Shown piece by piece: positions 60,867 to 64,000 of a stretch of DNA of 64,000 nt. Below the pieces are notes generated by a model. It worked only from the letters and a program-made list of their open reading frames with translations. It ran no database searches and was not told the origin of the DNA. Within the stretch, counting starts at the first letter, position 1. Each line of letters opens with the position of its first letter. Both the position numbers and the translations under genes were made by a program. Source of the stretch: Amphiscolops sp. MND2022 (taxonomy: Eukaryota); assembly GCA_964187785.1 (NCBI GenBank), contig OZ076412.1, positions 69,254,001-69,318,000 on the forward strand, read 5' to 3'.

Positions 60867-61189
60867 GAGTTACTATTTCTCTAAAGTGTTGTAGATTTTC
60901 TAAAGAATCTAATATTAGGAAAAACAAACACTTCATAAAGTTGTTTAATTTTTTTAAATGTTAGATCCTTTCAAATATGTTCAATACTTTAGAAAAGGGA
61001 TTAACCAGATATATCTGATGACGTTAAATGAATCTCGCTAGTGGAGTTTCATGAATAGTTTGTACCTTTCCATTGTTTTCCGTTTAGATGTCAGTTATTA
61101 GTGCAACACTTAATTTTTGGAGAAAACATTGCGTATTACTAAGGTTGCAGATTGTGAGCGTCATATCGCTCAATATTTTCCAGGGTATC

Positions 61190-61437
61190 TTTTTAGTCGG
61201 CGCTTTTCGTAAGAGAAAGTGCACGACTACAGCAGTGACTAGTTTTTTTCGTAAGACTCCCATTGAAATCAACTCTTTTCAGTTTGTTCAACTAAACGAA
61301 CGCAAAGGCAGGCACTCTTTGGGTGTTTCGATTTTTTTGTGAATCGTTTATTTGAATACGTCCTGAGCATATTTTAAAAACTTTTCGCTTTTTGCGCTTT
61401 AAGTGTAGCGCTGACTTGAGACGTTCCCGTCTTGTTT
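61190..61437 (+). mobile_element. HINE family 1, short internally deleted copy
   Basis: Runs from tttttagtcggcgc to agcgctgacttgagacgttcccgtcttgttt. Confidence 0.8.
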
Positions 61438-61783
61438 ATTTTTACCTAAGACCTTCTTTCTTGGTGCTTTCTTATCAAAAATTTTTCTCATCAATATCTG
61501 AACCGACCGTGGAACCAAAGTAAAGATTTTGGTCTTCATCAATTTTTATAGCCCCTCTTATCTCGGCTACTTACATTCATTGTAACATCGACAGTCTTAT
61601 TCATTCAATTGACATTTGTCAGTCAACTTTTGTGAATTCTTGAAAACACATTTTGGTAGGTGCGAAAACCAACTTTCGTCAATTCTTGAAAAAAATCAAA
61701 AATTCCCCGATTGGTGTCGTAATGTGTAGAGGAAAAAGTTTTGTTTTACCCATCACTTTTCAGAATTAAATGTTTACAACTCT

Positions 61784-62419
61784 GTGTTGAAAGTATTGCG
61801 TCGAAGTTTTTCTGCCATGGCGTCATCCAAACTTTACGAAGTGCGCAACTACGTCTGCAAGCCGGAACAATTCCAAGGCTTCCTCAAAATAGCCGAGAGC
61901 GAGGCATACGCCGAAAGACTGAAAGCTTCTCTACCTTACGGCGTGTGGAAAAGCGACGTTGGCGCTCTGAACGGGTTTTTCCATATTTGGCCCTATGAGA
62001 GCTTGGCTCAGCGAGCTGGTGTTCGTGCGGCGCTGGCAGGGAATAAACTTTGGACTGGTTTTTATCCCCGCATAGCTGAAATGTGGAGTCATCAATCAAA
62101 CTACCTGTGCAAACCCGTGGGCGAAGTTCTCCAGACACCCCCTTTCTCTAGCGGCGTGTACTACTCCTTGTTCACACAAGATGATCTTGGTTTAGCCCTT
62201 ATAAATGACAGTGTGGCAACATCGGGCAATGGGACCGTGGCCATTATGGGTCAATTTAGGGTTATGGTTGGTGAACCCATGGGTGCTAGTTTCACTCTAC
62301 TCAATTGCCAATCTGCCGATGATGGATTCGAGTTTCTTGAACGAAACGAAGAATTGTTTACCAAACTCAAAACTACCTCAGTTTTGCTATACCCTCATAC
62401 TATTTCGCCTCTGAAATGA
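61784..62419 (+). CDS. NIPSNAP3: NIPSNAP-family protein (NIPSNAP3-like); true start uncertain, first in-frame ATG at 61817
   Basis: LYEVRNYVCKP, GVWKSDVGALNGFFHIWPYESLAQRAGVRAAL and the C-terminal LLYPHTISPLK match NIPSNAP family motifs. Single uninterrupted coding exon. Confidence 0.82.
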   Translation: MLKVLRRSFSAMASSKLYEVRNYVCKPEQFQGFLKIAESEAYAERLKASLPYGVWKSDVGALNGFFHIWPYESLAQRAGVRAALAGNKLWTGFYPRIAEMWSHQSNYLCKPVGEVLQTPPFSSGVYYSLFTQDDLGLALINDSVATSGNGTVAIMGQFRVMVGEPMGASFTLLNCQSADDGFEFLERNEELFTKLKTTSVLLYPHTISPLK

Positions 62420-62798
62420 AAAGTAATTTATGAATTCGACTTGACATGATAAATTTAAAGATAATTCACTAGTAGATGAGTATTCGGTAATCGTTACAAT
62501 TTTTTGTAACAGAGGTCCAATTTTGTAAAAAAAAATGAAGTATTATGCCATGCCATTATAAATTGAAGTAAAGTTATATCATCGCTCAGTGATCAGCTTA
62601 GGGAATTATATTGCGTATGTATATTACGTAAATTATGTTTTCATGAAATTGGAAAACTGGAACTTGCTCGAACTTTAGCATGTTGAAATAAAAATGACCT
62701 TCATTACAAGACACGTAAGCCATTGCAGAACTAAATTGATTTGTGAACAGCAAGAGGCCCTATTACACTGCAGTTTAAGTTGTTGAAATTACAAATGC

Positions 62799-62890
62799 TT
62801 CGCCAGATAAAATGAAATCTGGGAACACAAATTCGGGGACACATAAAATGAAAATCTGGGAACACAACTTCGCCTGATAAAATGAAATAG
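62799..62890. repeat. ~30-35-bp imperfect tandem repeat (ATAAAATGAAATCTGGGAACACAA), 3 units
   Basis: Visible directly in the sequence. Confidence 0.7.
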
Positions 62891-64000
62891 AAGACTCGGA
62901 AACTTGAAAGTATCAAAAAGTATGTTGAACTGTTTGAAATATTCACGTGGTTGGCAAGACGCACCTTTTTCAGGACCCTCGGCTCGTTTTCCAGAGTTGT
63001 CAACATGCCTAATATTCACATCAGCTAGTGATGGAGATATCATTGTTTGAAAGCGAGTATCGGCAATTTTTGAAACCACTGAGCAGTTGGTGATATATGT
63101 GTAGAGTTGGCATTTTCAATGCATTTTCGACACACAGTTGATAAACTCACAAGACCTAAAGATTTTTTAATAGGAAAGCGCACAACAATCATGGCTAAAT
63201 TCCTGTCTCCTGACAAACGTTAATCAGGCGATACAGTGCGTAATATTTTGTCTTCTGAATACTATTCAGCCTATTTTAGAACGTATTTAGAATAAATAAT
63301 TTACCGTCAGGATTTCGATCAAGAGAATGGAATATGGCCCTCGTTCTAAACTCAACCGAACTTAAAATTATTTCCAGTTTTCGCTGTCTTAGCTGGAGAA
63401 TTATAACATTGAAACGCTGGAATTCTACAGTTTTAGGACCGCAAGCGCTGTCCTATTTTGTTTAATGAACTGAAAACACCAAGAGGCGTAGTGGCATTGC
63501 GATATTTTCCGTATATTGTTATAAAACTCTTGACTTTTGAGGCTGAGTGAGACGAAGAGTTGATTGTATAAATTCAACTGTTTTCAGAGAAGTTAACAAG
63601 TGATTTACAAAATAAACATCGGAAATTAATGATTATCTCTCGCTGAAATACAAAAAAGCGTGACTTGTTCTAACTGGAGTTGTTCATACATATCGAGAAA
63701 CTTGTTTCTAGCTTCGAAACATGCTATGACTTCTATATATCTTCAAACTACCCCTTTTCGGAGCTTGATTACGAGTTATATTCTCCGGAGTCTTTTGCTG
63801 AACATTCCAACCTTCACTTTTGCCAACGGTTTAGTTGGCAAGTCAGCAATCATTTCACGGGTTGGACAAAACTCAACATTCAAGTGTTGCGTTTATATTT
63901 TTTCTTGTATGAAGCTCAACTTGATTGGAAAATGCTCGCTTCACTGTATTTTTGGTTATCGCGATACAAGCCTGATTGTCTACGTGTAGACTTTTCCGTG

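Overview
AT-rich eukaryotic (invertebrate-animal-like) genomic DNA. I see no prokaryotic operons, rRNA, intact tRNA genes or CRISPR. Seven host genes, all on the + strand, were rebuilt by hand from GT-AG exons: eIF2A (15 exons, 5112-19914), ERGIC3 (6 exons, 21960-29145), NDUFAF3 (2 exons, 32445-42488), CHCHD2/10-like (42721-44479), an unnamed 75-aa twin-CX9C protein (45392-45811), a ~507-aa protein with four internal repeats and a PPxY tail (53681-56440), and a NIPSNAP3-like gene (~61784-62419). Introns and intergenic DNA are packed with non-autonomous elements. These include four families with Helentron/DINE-1 (HINE) architecture (many carrying tRNA-like A/B-box cassettes), hAT, Tc1/mariner and Merlin-like MITEs, an internally deleted hAT, and a decayed full-length BEL/Pao LTR retrotransposon (35452-41811) inside the NDUFAF3 intron. 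Top finding: between integrase and the 3' LTR, this retrotransposon carries an antisense, GC-rich, decayed JmjC (2-oxoglutarate/Fe(II) dioxygenase) gene. Its HxD...K...H motif spacing matches KDM2/JMJD6-type domains, suggesting a transposon-borne chromatin/RNA-modifying cargo gene. All identifications come from manual translation and remembered family motifs; no database search was run.
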